From: Curvularia clavata
Lineage: Eukaryota
Assembly: GCA_023920165.1 (NCBI GenBank)
Contig: CP089278.1
Span: forward strand, 310,001-374,000
Direction: 5' to 3'
Length of the DNA stretch: 64,000 bases
In this document: positions 1-13,033 of the stretch, one piece after another
Position numbering within the stretch: position 1 is the first letter of the stretch
How the letters are laid out: every line of letters begins with the position of its first letter
Translations under genes and position numbers: made by a program
The notes under the pieces: model-generated
Told to the model about the DNA's origin: nothing
The model's database searches: none
What the model saw: the letters and a program-made list of their open reading frames with translations, nothing else

Positions 1-47
1 AATAGCTTGGGGGAGCCCATTCCTTCTTCCAACCTCATCGTCGCGCC

Positions 48-2510
48 ATGGACAGCCATCCTTCGTCAATACAACCCATGGACATGGAACGGAGGTCCTC
101 GTCGCCCAAGCGTAAGAAGGTCCGCCAAAAATACGCGCCCAAAGCTTGTACGTCGCGCCTGCGCGCTCTGCTAACTGCCGCTCGGCACCTCGAGAGCTTC
201 ACCTGCTGCATTCCGATGGTTCCGTAGCCGCTCAAGACTGCGCGCCCAACCCGACAACACAATGGATCAAAATGAGACCAGCTTACTGACTGAGACGCTC
301 AGGTGTGCTATGTAGACGCTCCAAGCTCAAGGTACGTCTTGTCCGCTGCCAGTGCCGCGATTGTTGCTGCGCAGCTTCGGCTCCATTTCCGTTCCGAGCC
401 TCTTTCAGCTTGCCTTACGCTAGACGGCCTCCTCCACGACTCACCTTTATACACTCGCACATTCTGACTGCCCCCCCAGTGCTCTGGAGAAAACCCATGC
501 CAACGATGCGTCGACAACGGCAAGCGATGCTTCTTTTCCGAAGACCAGACGGCAGCCGAGGCCCTGCAACATCTCAGTCGTCCAACTCCTTCCCTCCAGG
601 CCCAGACGTCGACTGCCAGCGGAAACGGTACCAATACATCACGCAGGAATCTGCTGCCACATGATGAAACAACACGCAGAACGAGCGACGCCAGCGCCCG
701 CGGTATGACGATGGAGGCACGTATGGCCCGGGTCGAGGCCATGATGGAGGCCCTGATGCGCGACCGCGGCTTGACCGTGACGCCCATGGGCAGCGTAGAG
801 CGAGACGATGGAGCCAGCGACGGCTTCCGAGGAGGCGATGCTGCGTTCCCCATCCCGCCATTGGACCCCATCAACCCAGCCCTCGCTTTCATGGGACAGC
901 CATCGCTCTTCTCTCAAGAGTCCTCCAACCAGACGTCCTCTACCCTGTCCGGACCCGAAGCCTCTTTTACCGCTGAGCCACCCCATCTCGTCCACCTAGG
1001 CAATCAGGCAATGCCATTTCCTAGCCCCGCCGAATACCAACAATACCTGCTGTCCTTCTTCACCGACATACATTTGTCTCATCCTTGCATAGACGAGGCC
1101 GACTTTCGTAATCGCAGCGAACACATGTTGGCCAATCCCACCATCCCGCCCGAGGAACGTTATTTTCTTGCCCTCAACTACATCATCTTTGCTTGTTGCG
1201 ATGTGCTGCTGAACATTTCGCCGGTTGAGGCTAGCAAACCCGCCGGCGGACGTTGGTCAGAGATAGCCGATCATCTCCTCGACAAAAAGTCGTTACTCAG
1301 CGGTAACGGCGACTTGACGCTGATCCAGTGTGTACTTTTCCAGGTAGGCTACATCTGTCTCAAATGCTGTTTCGATTATCAGGGACTTCAGATGCTAATT
1401 GACCAGGCTTTATATTACACTTTCATCGATACGCCTGGCCCGGCCTACAGTAGTATTGGAATTGCTGGTCGGTTGGTGTTTCAGCACTCACTCCATCAAC
1501 AATCCACGTGGTCCGATATCACAACCCAACAAGCGTACGAGCGCATATGCGTGTTCTGGAACGTCTTTATCACAGACCGCTTCATCTCCCTAGCATGCGG
1601 CAGACCGTATAGTATCCACGAAACCGACATACAGGTCGAGCTGCCAGTGGAATTATTTCACAGGGTGAGAACAACCCCAAACCCGATCAGTGACTCGTAT
1701 ACTAATTACTACCAGGCGATGCTCCCCATGCAAATCGACCTTGAAAATGACCCAAGGGTTTTTATCAACCAGTACCTACATTACATGATCCTCTGGGCGC
1801 GTTACGCTGGTGGCTCTATGGAAGGACGCAGCTCGGATGGCCATGCACAACAAGTCATCGACACGCAAATCACACAATTCCTCGAACACGACCTTCCCGA
1901 TTTGCGTGCTCCTTATTCACAACCCGGATCTGGCATTGAAGCACCCATAAAGACCTTCCTCGTACAGAAGAAAACCGACTTGGTTCTCTGGGGCTTTCGT
2001 TCAGTCATCACGTCATTGCAATATAACGACAATCACGCGGCACACTTTAGCCATCTGGCAGCAAGCACCATCAACCGCATGGCTGCTTTTGCGCAAAACG
2101 CACAACGTCCATTCAGCCTTCGCCATTGCATGATTACATCGTTGTCTAATGCTCTTCTTGTCCTCTGTTCGCTCTTGAGCCGTGGCACATCCCAGAAGAA
2201 CCAGAGTGATGTGGATTCTTTCCGGCACGTCGTCACTCTTCTCAACGACCTCGCATACAGTCAGCCATACGCCAAACGCGTCTTAACCGATTTCGGAGCC
2301 ATACTGCCTGTAATAGAGGGTGTCATAGAAGGTAAAGATGTTCCCGCAGACGTTGCAGATTTGATTCCGTACAAGTCTTCATGCCCCCGTATTCGCCTAC
2401 CCCAGGTTGTGTCTTCACCCAACCCATCTGTTAGTGACGGAAAGACATTTACGGTCGGCAATGGCCATGCATCTCCGAGCGAGGCTGGTCATGGTGTCTT
2501 GTGGCTTTAA
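48..2510 (+). CDS. Zn(II)2Cys6 fungal transcription factor with fungal-specific TF middle domain
   Basis: Spliced model: exons 48-147, 303-331, 480-1343, 1407-1664, 1716-2510. Joining them gives ...YAPKAC-VLCRRSKLKC-SGENPCQRCVDNGKRC (six-Cys binuclear cluster), followed by a middle-homology region (ERICVFWNVFITDRFISLACGRP). Introns are canonical GT..CTRAY..AG. Confidence 0.9.
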
Positions 2511-2934
2511 AGTTGGCGTAGGTCATTGGTTTTTATCCGAGTAAAATGCATTTGTGGGATTATGGAGTAAAAGAGTACTGGGTGTTCAAGTAGGGAGTTT
2601 CCGTCTGGTTTCTACTTTGTGTCTTTGTTTCTGTATAGATACCCAATACTTGGCCACATGGGCTGAGAGCGTTTCAGAAATCCAACACTGTTAATGTCAA
2701 AACGTTGGTCACTGTGTATGTCCAATCGGATAATATCAATTAAAAGGTTTGTTCGAGTAAATTGACCCATGTGAGTCGAGTCTCATATCATTGACAACTG
2801 TCCTGGCACTTGATTTCATGCCCAATATAATTAGGTTGACGGCTTCGGCCTTTTGTGCAATATTTTGTGAAACATTTTGTGAATTACATTTTGATTTTTG
2901 AACTAATAGTCACAACCCACCTAGCTCCGCAAAG

Positions 2935-4010
2935 CTAGATCGACATATTGTTAACTCCCTCCCTCGTGGCGGCGACATCAATGTCCTCTATCTCTACGTC
3001 CTCTATTTCCCCCACTTTCTTCAACTCTGCCCGGACGAAATACAGCAACGTGCCTATCTAAGACCGACTCGAGTCACCCCAAAGACGACCTCCGAAGGCC
3101 TGCTGCTTAGGTGTCGGCACATGAGTAGTAATGGCCTTTCGAATGTCAGCCATGTTACTCTCTATCTATTCTATAGTCCTCGAGCCAGGCAGTAGTCCGA
3201 TCCATCTAATTAACTTCCAGCCGAATTTGTATACCCTCAGAGCTTCCTGGCTGCTTACTAAAGCTACGTAACCGTTATCTGTCCTTCTTGCTTGAATGTC
3301 TTGAATATTGTATTGCTCCCAAAGAAACTTAGGGTAATCTATGCCGGCGTTAAGAGAAGTAATATATTGGATCTAGATAAGCAGCTATTTTTGTAGGTCT
3401 GTAGCTATTGTGGGAGAGGGCAGTTTAAGGTAGATAAGAGTACGGATTGAAGTGATGCGGATAGGTATTTGGCGTTGGTCTAGAAGATTTGGCGATTGCG
3501 ACGAGGTAGATATGATGGGAAGATTTTAAGAATTGAAGAAGCTAATGGATGATATCTGATTGATGAGGAAGACTTTGAAGGTTTTGGGTGCGCAGTAGAT
3601 GGAAATCGGTCGGAGGGTGATGTTGATTAAGTTGCCAGGCTGGAGACTGAGTTCACAAGAGTAGGGTATTTGTAGTTGGGAGTTGTGCGCTGCGCTGCTG
3701 TTTTGCGCTTCGTGTCCTCATCATAACTATGGTTCATCGAGTGCAGATTTTGCTGCCTATAGTTGGATACCCAATAGGGTGGTTGTTGTTGTTTTGTGGC
3801 TCAGTTCTATCCGGACCAGTACTAACTTTTCGAGACGAGGGCCAGGTGGCTTTTGGTGCCTGAGGCCCGGAGCCTGAAGGGCCTCGCGTTCGGATCCCTA
3901 CTTGGACAGTGTCCTTTATCTTGACTTTTTGATTTTTGGTGGGCTGAGGGGCGGCCTGCCGCTCGTTTATGTGATGTATATTTTGGGCTAATCGCCGCAG
4001 ACGAGCCAAT
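2935..4010 (-). pseudogene. Disrupted coding sequence of unknown family, RIP-like nonsense codons
   Basis: The minus strand reads as protein-like text (AGIDYPKFLWEQYNIQDIQARRTDNGYVALVSSQEALRVYKFGWKLIRWIGLLPGSRTIE*IESNMADIRKAITTHVPTPKQQAFGGRLWGDSSRS*IGTLLYFVRAELKKVGEIEDVEIEDID) broken by TAG/TAA, as expected from CAG/CAA>TAG/TAA. The region is TpA-rich. Confidence 0.55.
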
Positions 4011-5997
4011 TATGGGAAATAAAAACAGAAATAAATAATTAGGTTGACACTGGTTGTTCTACAAATATTCTTCCAGAAGGTGAGTCTGTCAATGTACCTG
4101 CATATGCAAGTCTATGGAAGATTGCATACGCCACAGATCTCAATGCGATCCGTTCTTCCGATGCCAGATAAGGAAAAGGTAAATGGGAAAGACAGCCTCT
4201 GCGGTCATCGAGACATGGACTTAATATATGAGCCGAAAGACGGGTGTTTTTCTTCCAGCTGTCTATCCGGCTGAACAAAATTTTGTGTTTATATTGTAGG
4301 ATTCAATCTGCACACTAGATTGCATGTATGGAAAACACCACGTGGTAGCCAGAAGGAGGCGGCTAAAAAGAAATATTGAGAGCCGCATGTTCATTAAGAA
4401 TTAACAAGACCAAGTGGCCGCGACAACTCGATGGATCAGGATATACAAGCTACGTCATACCATCATGGGATAGCATTGACGGCAGCATTGGTATGTCGCG
4501 ATTCAAAGACGAAAGCTGAAAGGACTGGCTGAGAACCATCCTGCAGTCCACAACTCGGCCATGCGACCTACACACGTTTCCATTACCATTCTCTACTGCA
4601 GAATGACGTTTCAACAGCCCATCCATCACGATTGCAAATCTGTCAACCCATGTGTTACCAACCACCAAGACATCCACAAACTTCCTGAGTATCAGATAGA
4701 CAAGCCACATTCAACCTCACCACCACGCACAACCCGCACCCTCGTCATCTCCAACACGGCATCCTTCTTTTTTCTTCCTCTACCCTTGCTCAGAAACCGC
4801 ACCTGATCAAACTCGGCACCATCTGCATATTCGCCCGTGGAAAAGCAAACACCAGGCCATGTCTATACTATACAATAAACCACGCGAGATGAGATCGGGA
4901 TCCATATCAAGCCCTCTCTCCTCTCATCGCGAAATGCCCGCGCGATCGTGAATGTATGATATCACATCAAGATAGAAAAGCCAAAAAACAAAACAAATAA
5001 ACTACCGAGCCGTGTCTCTCATTCGCGTGATCACAAAAAACCCTTATACCTACAGAAAAACCCTTTAAGCCCATGTGGTAGTGGTAAGTGGGGACTCCAC
5101 CATCCCATCCCGAGGCCCACAACAACAACCAACGCAACTCCACCCATCCACACCAAAAAAAACCCACCCTACATACACGGAAACGTCCTTTACGCCCCGA
5201 ATTTCTGTACCACGCGACCAAGCTAAAACAGCCGAGCGCAGCGAACGAACGACATCAGGGCCAGAGACAAGTTTACCGTCCCGCGCCTGTTTCCCTCGGC
5301 ACTTGGAACAACACACCAACAGCCCAGTAGTAGCAGGTAAGTAGACGCTGGCGCCCAACGAATAACCCCCTGTCCCCTGAAAGGATGAAAGACGCAAGAC
5401 ATCCATCGATCCGGTTGTCCGTCTGCCACGTTTTTTTGTTTCTCTCTTCAGTAGATTTTCCGGGTTGGCGGGCCAGGATGAAGGGGGTGGTGATGGTGCT
5501 CGTGACACACCTACACACACCTGTTTCCCGTGTTGATGGGGGGCGCGGTACGCTGCGCCTCATTCACTCATTCACTCACTCGCTGGCTGGCTGGCTGGTT
5601 GGATGCCTGGGAATCCGAATCGTATCTTACATACACCTACCTTGTCATATCTTAGTATCGTGTGCGTTGGCACGGCTGTTGAACAACAGCTGAGAGAAGA
5701 GGTTGACGGGACGGCATGAAAGTCAGATGCTCCGCGCAGCATCCAACAAACAAACGAAACAATCATCTTTCGATGCTGATGATGGCGATGGCGATGGCGA
5801 TGACGCGAGTATGTCTCATACCTAGGCGCGTTGCTGTGTATCGAGCGGAAAACAAGGTCTAAGGTAACGCTGTTCAGCTCCAACAAGGCGAGAGAGAGAG
5901 AAAGTCATCACATGGTCAGACCCTTGTTTTACTGTGTAACTAGTGTAGTCTGCGTTCTTCCTATTGTTACTACACTAACTACACGTGCCGTCAAGAA

Positions 5998-6105
5998 GGC
6001 AGCAGCAGCAGCATCAGCACAAAAAACCCCATATACACACATGCATGCATGTATCGCTTACTTACTTACTTACATACATACACACATACATACATATGTA
6101 TGTAA
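5998..6105. repeat. Microsatellite cluster (GCA)n, (CTTA)n, (CATA)n
   Basis: Directly visible tandem runs gcagcagcagcagca, cttacttacttactta, catacatacacacatacatacata. Confidence 0.8.
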
Positions 6106-9100
6106 GTAAAATAAACCCCAAAAAACGCAGGGCAAACTGCGCACATACCAAGCAAGTAGGCTGCAAGATTCAATTAATCTCGCTCGGCGCTTCCTTCCTT
6201 CCCTCACCGTTTATGAACGGACACACGGACGGACACTTTTTTCCCATCAGGCGATCCCGCATCCCGAGTACCAGTCAGCTCAGGCAGCTAGCCGTCCGAG
6301 AAAGAAGGCCATCCGAGGTGGGCCCTGCCGGCCGTCTGATGTCAGCATCGTAAAAATGAACATGGCTGATTGATAGTCCTTTGAACCCCCACGCCTCTCT
6401 CTCATCGCATCCATTGCCTTCATATCGCGAGGATTTCTTTGGTTGGATTTTGAGAGAAGTGGGTTAATGGTGTGAGTGAGAGAGAGAGACGGGATAACGG
6501 CAAGGAGATACACATGAATTCCCGTAGGATGCAGTGTTCGTTTCCTACCTACCTACTTTAGTAAATAGTGGTACCAAAAAGGGAGGAGGAGGAGACTAGA
6601 TTTTCCTTCCCTTCTCTAACGTATACAACGGTTAAATTTCAAAAAGCGAAAAAAAGGGTACAGAACCCACATGTTCATCCTAATATGCATCTATGTAACA
6701 CATCTAGATCATGCGTCGTCATCTGTGTGCCTATACCATGCCGCCACCAAAAGCCGGGGGGAGGGACTCGCAAACCGGGAAAAAAGGCCGACTTTACTAC
6801 TTGCATACCATACGTACATACGTGTGTGCATACACACACGTGTGGGACAAAACGGCACACACATCCATCCAAATCCACCCACACACACACACATGGAGAA
6901 AGGAACGGCACCTACTTGAAAATTAAATAAAAAAGCCACACAATGACTTTCCCTGTATTTAACTGGCCGAATGCAGAACCCGCAACAACCCCCATCAAGG
7001 GTACTTGATAGGTCACCCCTGGTGGGAAGGGGGGCCGCTTTTTATCCAGCAACCATGTGATGATGATGACTCCGTAAACCCCGAGGACAAACAAAACGTG
7101 CCATGTGTTTTTTCTGGTCTTTCTCTCTCTCTCGGGCCGACAAGGGAAGGGGGGGAAAGCCATGTTTACCCCCGTGAAACTGGGATCCTTGCCGAAAAAA
7201 ACGACTCTTGGGACCAAGGCCGAGAGGACATCCTCGGTACGTGTGTACATTGCGTGTGCATACTAGGGGGGGAGGGGGTGGTTGGAACACTTGTATATGG
7301 CGTGATTGGGCGTGCCATATGTAATCCCCGTGGGGGGAGGAGGTTGGGAATTTTATTGTTGTTTGTGGTGATGAGACGACACGGTGCATTAGGTGTGATT
7401 CAAGGCTGCATATACCCTCTAAAAAAGGGCGCGGGAGAGATATCAAGCAAAGAAAGAAAAAGCGATGATCGTGATGATGCTGGTTTGTCCCACGTTGGAT
7501 GATTATTAGTTTGGGGTAACGAGCGCGAAAACACACTCTGTTTAATCTGGCGGTGAGCTTTGCTGTAGGCCTAAAAAATTTAAAGTGATCCGGGATGAGC
7601 ATTTGTGCGACTTTACCAAGCGAGCATCAAAAAGTCCCAAAGTGGGCAACTGGTTGTTTCCCGACACTTGCTGTTGTCCCGACAGCATGGTTACAAGGCT
7701 TTTTTTCCTTTTCGCTGGCTGCATCACAAAACTGCCGGTTTAATATGGACAGTTGTGATACACTTTTCTTGACTTTAAGGCCTACCACGAACCAAGAAAG
7801 ACCCTGCTGTAAGCCCCCCCGTTCGGAGAGGACGAGATAGATTGAAAAGATGCGCAGATGACAATAAGCAAATATGCCGTGCTACCGAAACCCATATTTG
7901 GAGTTTGTGAACCACAGACTCGGGATAACAGGAGTGAGCCTCGCCAATCAAGCCTCCTTGCGCAAGGAAAAAAAACCATGACCCTGAGCGTTACATTGAA
8001 AGAGGATCCCAGGCTTGGTAAGCTGAAAGAGCAAACCGAGAGAGGAGCGTGGGTTTTGCAAGAAACAAAAAGACAAACTTATGCACGATGCGATCCCAAT
8101 GCAGAAGGTCAAACAGGACAATTGTCAGGCGGCGGTAGCTCTGCAAAATCCTTCCGGGAGAATATGGCAATATGGTGGTGTCTCTATTGGCCAGTCGGCA
8201 GAAATGTTTTGCAACTTAAAGGGACATGGGCTACATTGTTGCAATAACTCTAGTGACTTTTGCGTGCCGCCTGCCATGTGGGCGGGCTTTCAGGCACGGC
8301 GGCAATCAAGGTTGAAACCGCCTCATCTGTCAATGCCGAATATCGCAGAGACAAAGGGTGCCTCCCCACGATGGATGGATAAGCGACAACGATAAGCAGC
8401 ACACGTGGGAGCAGGACGTTGCCATAGGTGGAGCGCCAAGCTTGGGGCGTTGCGCATGTGAACGCTGCGCCGACCGGGGTAATGAGCCTGGAGGTCCGTC
8501 GTTGGTCTCTTCGAGTCCGCGCGCCCATAGAGCGGGATACTAGGTTTCAACTGGGCGAAAGAAGCGTAACAAGGGAACCGCCATGCTTGTGACCTTCTTT
8601 GACGGAGAGACCGGCGCCTTGATCCGTCGAGTTTGTTACATTGCCACCCACGACCGGCGCTCCTACGAGTTTGTCGAGTGGATTATCCATGCGTGGGCGC
8701 AGCGATATGACCTCCGTGCCGCCTGCGCAGCGTTGGAGGTCCCAGCGCGTGCCTGGGTCCCACTGGCCAGGCAACTGGGAAGAAGATGGCTTGTTTGGGC
8801 AGCAACAGTGATGGATTCCTTCCAGGGCAATCGACGATGCTTGGTCCAAGCCGCCAGAATGAAGTCCCGGCTCACTGGAAAGAGAAGGGAAAAGGTACCC
8901 AAATCAACTTGCCAGGAGTAAAGGCCGCCGCTAACGGGGAGCACAGAAGAAAGTGCGATTCGTGTAAAATCCCTCACAATGATTCGTGCAGCACAAAGCC
9001 GGAACCTAACCTGAGCTCCCCCCGTGGGCTAAGGAGCTGATCAAGGGCTTCGTCGACGAGATAGGAAGGCCTTCCTGAGGACTAGTAACAAGTGTCGGTA

Positions 9101-12024
9101 AGATTCTGTATTGTAGTCGATGAAACCTCGGGTAATAACTGCGGCAAAGAGGGGCGCGTCACATGCGATGCAACGCCTGTGTCTTTCCTGCACGATGAAG
9201 ATTTCGGAGTGCCTGAAATGGTGGTTTCAAGCGCGCATCGTATGCGTTCTCTTGGAGAAGAACCAATAGTGTTTGAGTTTGGATCACATGATGTAAAGGG
9301 TGAAGGTTGTTCGCTAAGAAAAAGGACGTGTACATATGAATAGTTTGGGGGAGTCGGCGTGCGAGACGAATACGATGCCACGATACCTGGAAGCTTCGGG
9401 GCCCGTTGCAACGAGCCGACACAACGACACCGGTGATTGCGCACCCAGACGATTGGCCGGCCCTGCTACGTAACAGCCACGCGACGCCTCCGGATGGCGG
9501 ATGTAAGCCCCGTTCCTACAAGGGTTAGTCTGGGGACCGGATCCAAGCTGTCGGGGCCATGGCATCCAGCACCGTGTCCGGTAATGTGGCACTGTCAAGC
9601 CGCCATCGTGGTTGCAGTTGTGTTCCCCTGTTGGCATTTGTGGATGTACACAAGAGGAATACGCGCGCAGTCACGTCTTCAGCAATACATGGTTGCGCCA
9701 CAGTGTGGTCGTCGGCGAGCAAAGAAGAAAGAAAAAACATGACCAAAAGATCCGTGTGGCGCAAAGATGAAGTGCGCATTGAGTTGGTGTCGAGTAATCA
9801 AAGGGCAGAGGGCTTGCACGGCACTTGTTGGAATCGCAGGCGGCAGGCTGGTGGCTGCTTTGGGCGGGGAGATGGAACAGGCTCATATCTGCAATTTGCT
9901 CGGAAACGACGATCTTGTTAGATGGGCGTGACAGTGCTGTGACAAGTGGACGAAAAAGCAATCAGCATTGCTGCCCAGGCCCGTTTTCTCGATAGTGGGT
10001 GGCAGGTCATGCAGGCAATAAGGTCGGAATAGTTCGTCTGGTATACCATGAGCCAAACTTTGCCAGGTTGGTTGACGGTGCTCCGCATCCATTGCTCTGC
10101 ATCCCTTCACTCCGCATACGAGAAACTTTGCTGACGGCACGGTTGTACGATCTGCTCGCTCTCGTAAGTTTGGTTGCTGTTGTGTCTCGTCGTAGTAAGA
10201 CATGGGCAAGCGGGCTGGGCTCATAACGGCAGAGCAGTGAGTGGGAAGCCTTGACATGTGAGCCGTGACGAAATTGGGACCCTAGTGAGTTAGCAGCTGA
10301 GAGTGCGGGGAGGAAGATGATGGTGGTAATTGTAGCAAAGCAAATCCAACTTTAGGTCACAGTCGAGCATGTCTGTGGCCCCCACACAAAGATAAACGCT
10401 TGAGGCGACAGTGCACACCGCGACTTGATCATGTGGGCGTGACTGTTAGTCATTGCTTTTGTCGGGGTAGAATAGTGAGGCCCCGGGCTTGGGACATGAT
10501 CGGCGCAGTGACGGCGAGGCTGGGAGGGAAGTTATTCGGCTATCTAGAGGATTGGGCCAGTGGAGGAAAAAAAAAGCAGGCACCAAACGTGGCGGGCCTT
10601 TGATCCGATGAACTAGATGGCAACCATGAATGGGACGCGCGAGCGACTGGGGCCGTTCCCGAGAAGCATTGCAGCAGCCTGTTCATGTAGAGATTTGGTG
10701 GGTGTGGTTGCAAAGTGCTGGGCATCGTATGCCGTGGGGAGCATCGTGAGATGAGATGAAGATGTGGCTTCGGGGCGGGGTGGACATCAGCGACAAAGGG
10801 ACAGGGCTGGGCTAGTGGACAGGCACAGGGTCATTCAGTGTCGTAGAGATTTTGCAGCGTTTAGCTGGCGAAACAGTAGTTCCCGATGTACAAGTCATGA
10901 AACAAGCGTCACGCCGCATGTAGCGACGAGGAGCAGTCACAGCTGATGGCTGTGTGGCTTTGTGATTCGGCGGGCCGCCCCAGATGACCTCGAGAAATTG
11001 CCGTGCCATGGACTGACGTAGCATAATTGCCCAGTTTGTGGCAGGCAGAAGGACAAGCATGGGGGGTGGGCACAGAGGGGCTTGGCAGGGTACATGGCGC
11101 TACCCCAAAGTCGTGGGCAGATTATCTGGGGAAGATGGTTGTGCTGATGTTGTCGAGAGCCGGTGTGTCCTCAGCCGGTGGGCACACACGGGGCGTGTAC
11201 CTCGTGCGCACTTGACCCCTGCCAACGACCAACGCATCCAGGAACCTGGCGAACAATGGCTCGAGTCTTTTACAGGCACCGGGTCAGCCATCTGGTCGAT
11301 GCACATGGCTGTGTGCGATAGGCGGCAAATATGTCGGGCATGGCAACCGAGGTGGCAGAAGCTGATGGTGTCGGTGGTAGAGGGCCGCCCGGCGACGGCA
11401 GAAGTCAGGCACCTCGTGATGAGGAGGACCGGTGCGGGGGGTGGAAGGGAGTGGATTAGCGCAAACAGTCAGTGGCAAACAAGGCGGACGAGGCGAGGAG
11501 CGGTATTATGTTTGAGAGAAGTTGTAATTACTGGGTACCCAGGCGCGAGGCTGGCTAGGTTGGGCGTCATGTGAGGGAGGGACATTGACTCAGGGTTCAA
11601 GAGGCGCAGACGCAAAAGCCTCGACGTACCGACGAGACCAGCACCAGCACATGGGCATTGTGTCGAGGCCCAGAAGCGTGCAGGGGCCCCGTGTCGGAAG
11701 AGGCGAAGAGGGAAAAGGAACGCAGGCGGAAGAGGTGCATTGCTTCCGCGCAGGCCTAAATCTGTCACATGGCCAACCGAGGTTTGGTTGTCTTTTTTGG
11801 TGACCCAACGGCTGAATCAGCGGTAATTTATCACGGCGGAGAGAGCGTAATTTTTTGGGGGAGAGGTGGGGACGCAGCGGTGACGTGAATTGGTGTAACG
11901 GGCGACGACGAGACAAGGACAGCGGAGGCGACGGACAGGCGGAGCAGCCAGCCAGTCAGTCCAACAGTCAGTCCGCCATGCACATGTCACGTCCGGAGGA
12001 GTTGCTGCGACGGCTTCGACGCTT

Positions 12025-12090
12025 CATGGGCATTGGGCATGAGGCATGGCATGCCATGGCATGAGGCGAGGCGAGGCGAGGCATGAGACG
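12025..12090. repeat. Degenerate pentamer repeats (GGCAT/GAGGC)
   Basis: catgggcattgggcatgaggcatggcatgccatggcatgaggcgaggcgaggcgaggcatgagacg. Confidence 0.7.
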
Positions 12091-13033
12091 TGAGACAGAC
12101 GGTAGAGATGACGAGTCAGGGCGACATGTTCTGGAAGTACCAAGCGCGCACGTCCGGCAGCCATGGGAGCGACATCATGTGCGTCGTCCCCACGCCCAGG
12201 CCGAGCCATTCACGGGGGGCGAGCGTGGGCAGAACTGGCGCAGGTGGCGTTGGCTTGGGGGCCGTGGATGCGTTGTTCTTTTCTGCTGCGACGCCGTCGT
12301 GATGGCCTGGGGCTGGTGGTGGGCTCAGTGACCACGAGCGAGGCAGAGACTGACTGACGGCATGACAGGGTGAGAATCGGCCAAAGGGCGGTAGAAAGGC
12401 CGGACGGGCTCTGGATGCAATCTGCCGGGGGAGCTCCGGCGGCCCTTATCCTAGGGCTAGGGATGCATGGCTGTGGTGTGGTCGAGTGGAGTGCATGGGG
12501 GGGAGGGGGGGGGATGTGGGAGCAGGCGCGCACAAGCACAGGCGGCAAGGGCGAGGGAGGTGGTGTGGGTGCCACACTCGCGCCTTCCCTGTCCGTCGGC
12601 CCAGGTCGTTGTTGCCCACCCCGACCCCTGTCGCTGCACTTGCACTTGGACTTGCAGTCCGCGCACACGCCGTGGGCCTTTATACATACCCAGATCCACC
12701 CTCTCCCACCGGTACTGCCACGACCACGGCTGCCTTCTCACACCACACATACACAGCATACACCGCACCCCCTCGTCCACATCTACTACCCACTGTCCAC
12801 TATCAACAACAACAATACCAACAAACATCACCACCACGCCCACCACTGGTATCCCTCCATGTCTCCGCGATCTCTCTAGTCCCGCCGGCACTCTCTCTGC
12901 TCGGCACTTCTCCATTGACGCAATCCTACGCAACAACCACCACCCCCGGAACCACCATCGTCTCCTACCACCGTCTCCACCCACCGCTCCTCCCCACCAG
13001 CCCCTCCCAAACTCCCCGACGCTCTCTCCAGAT

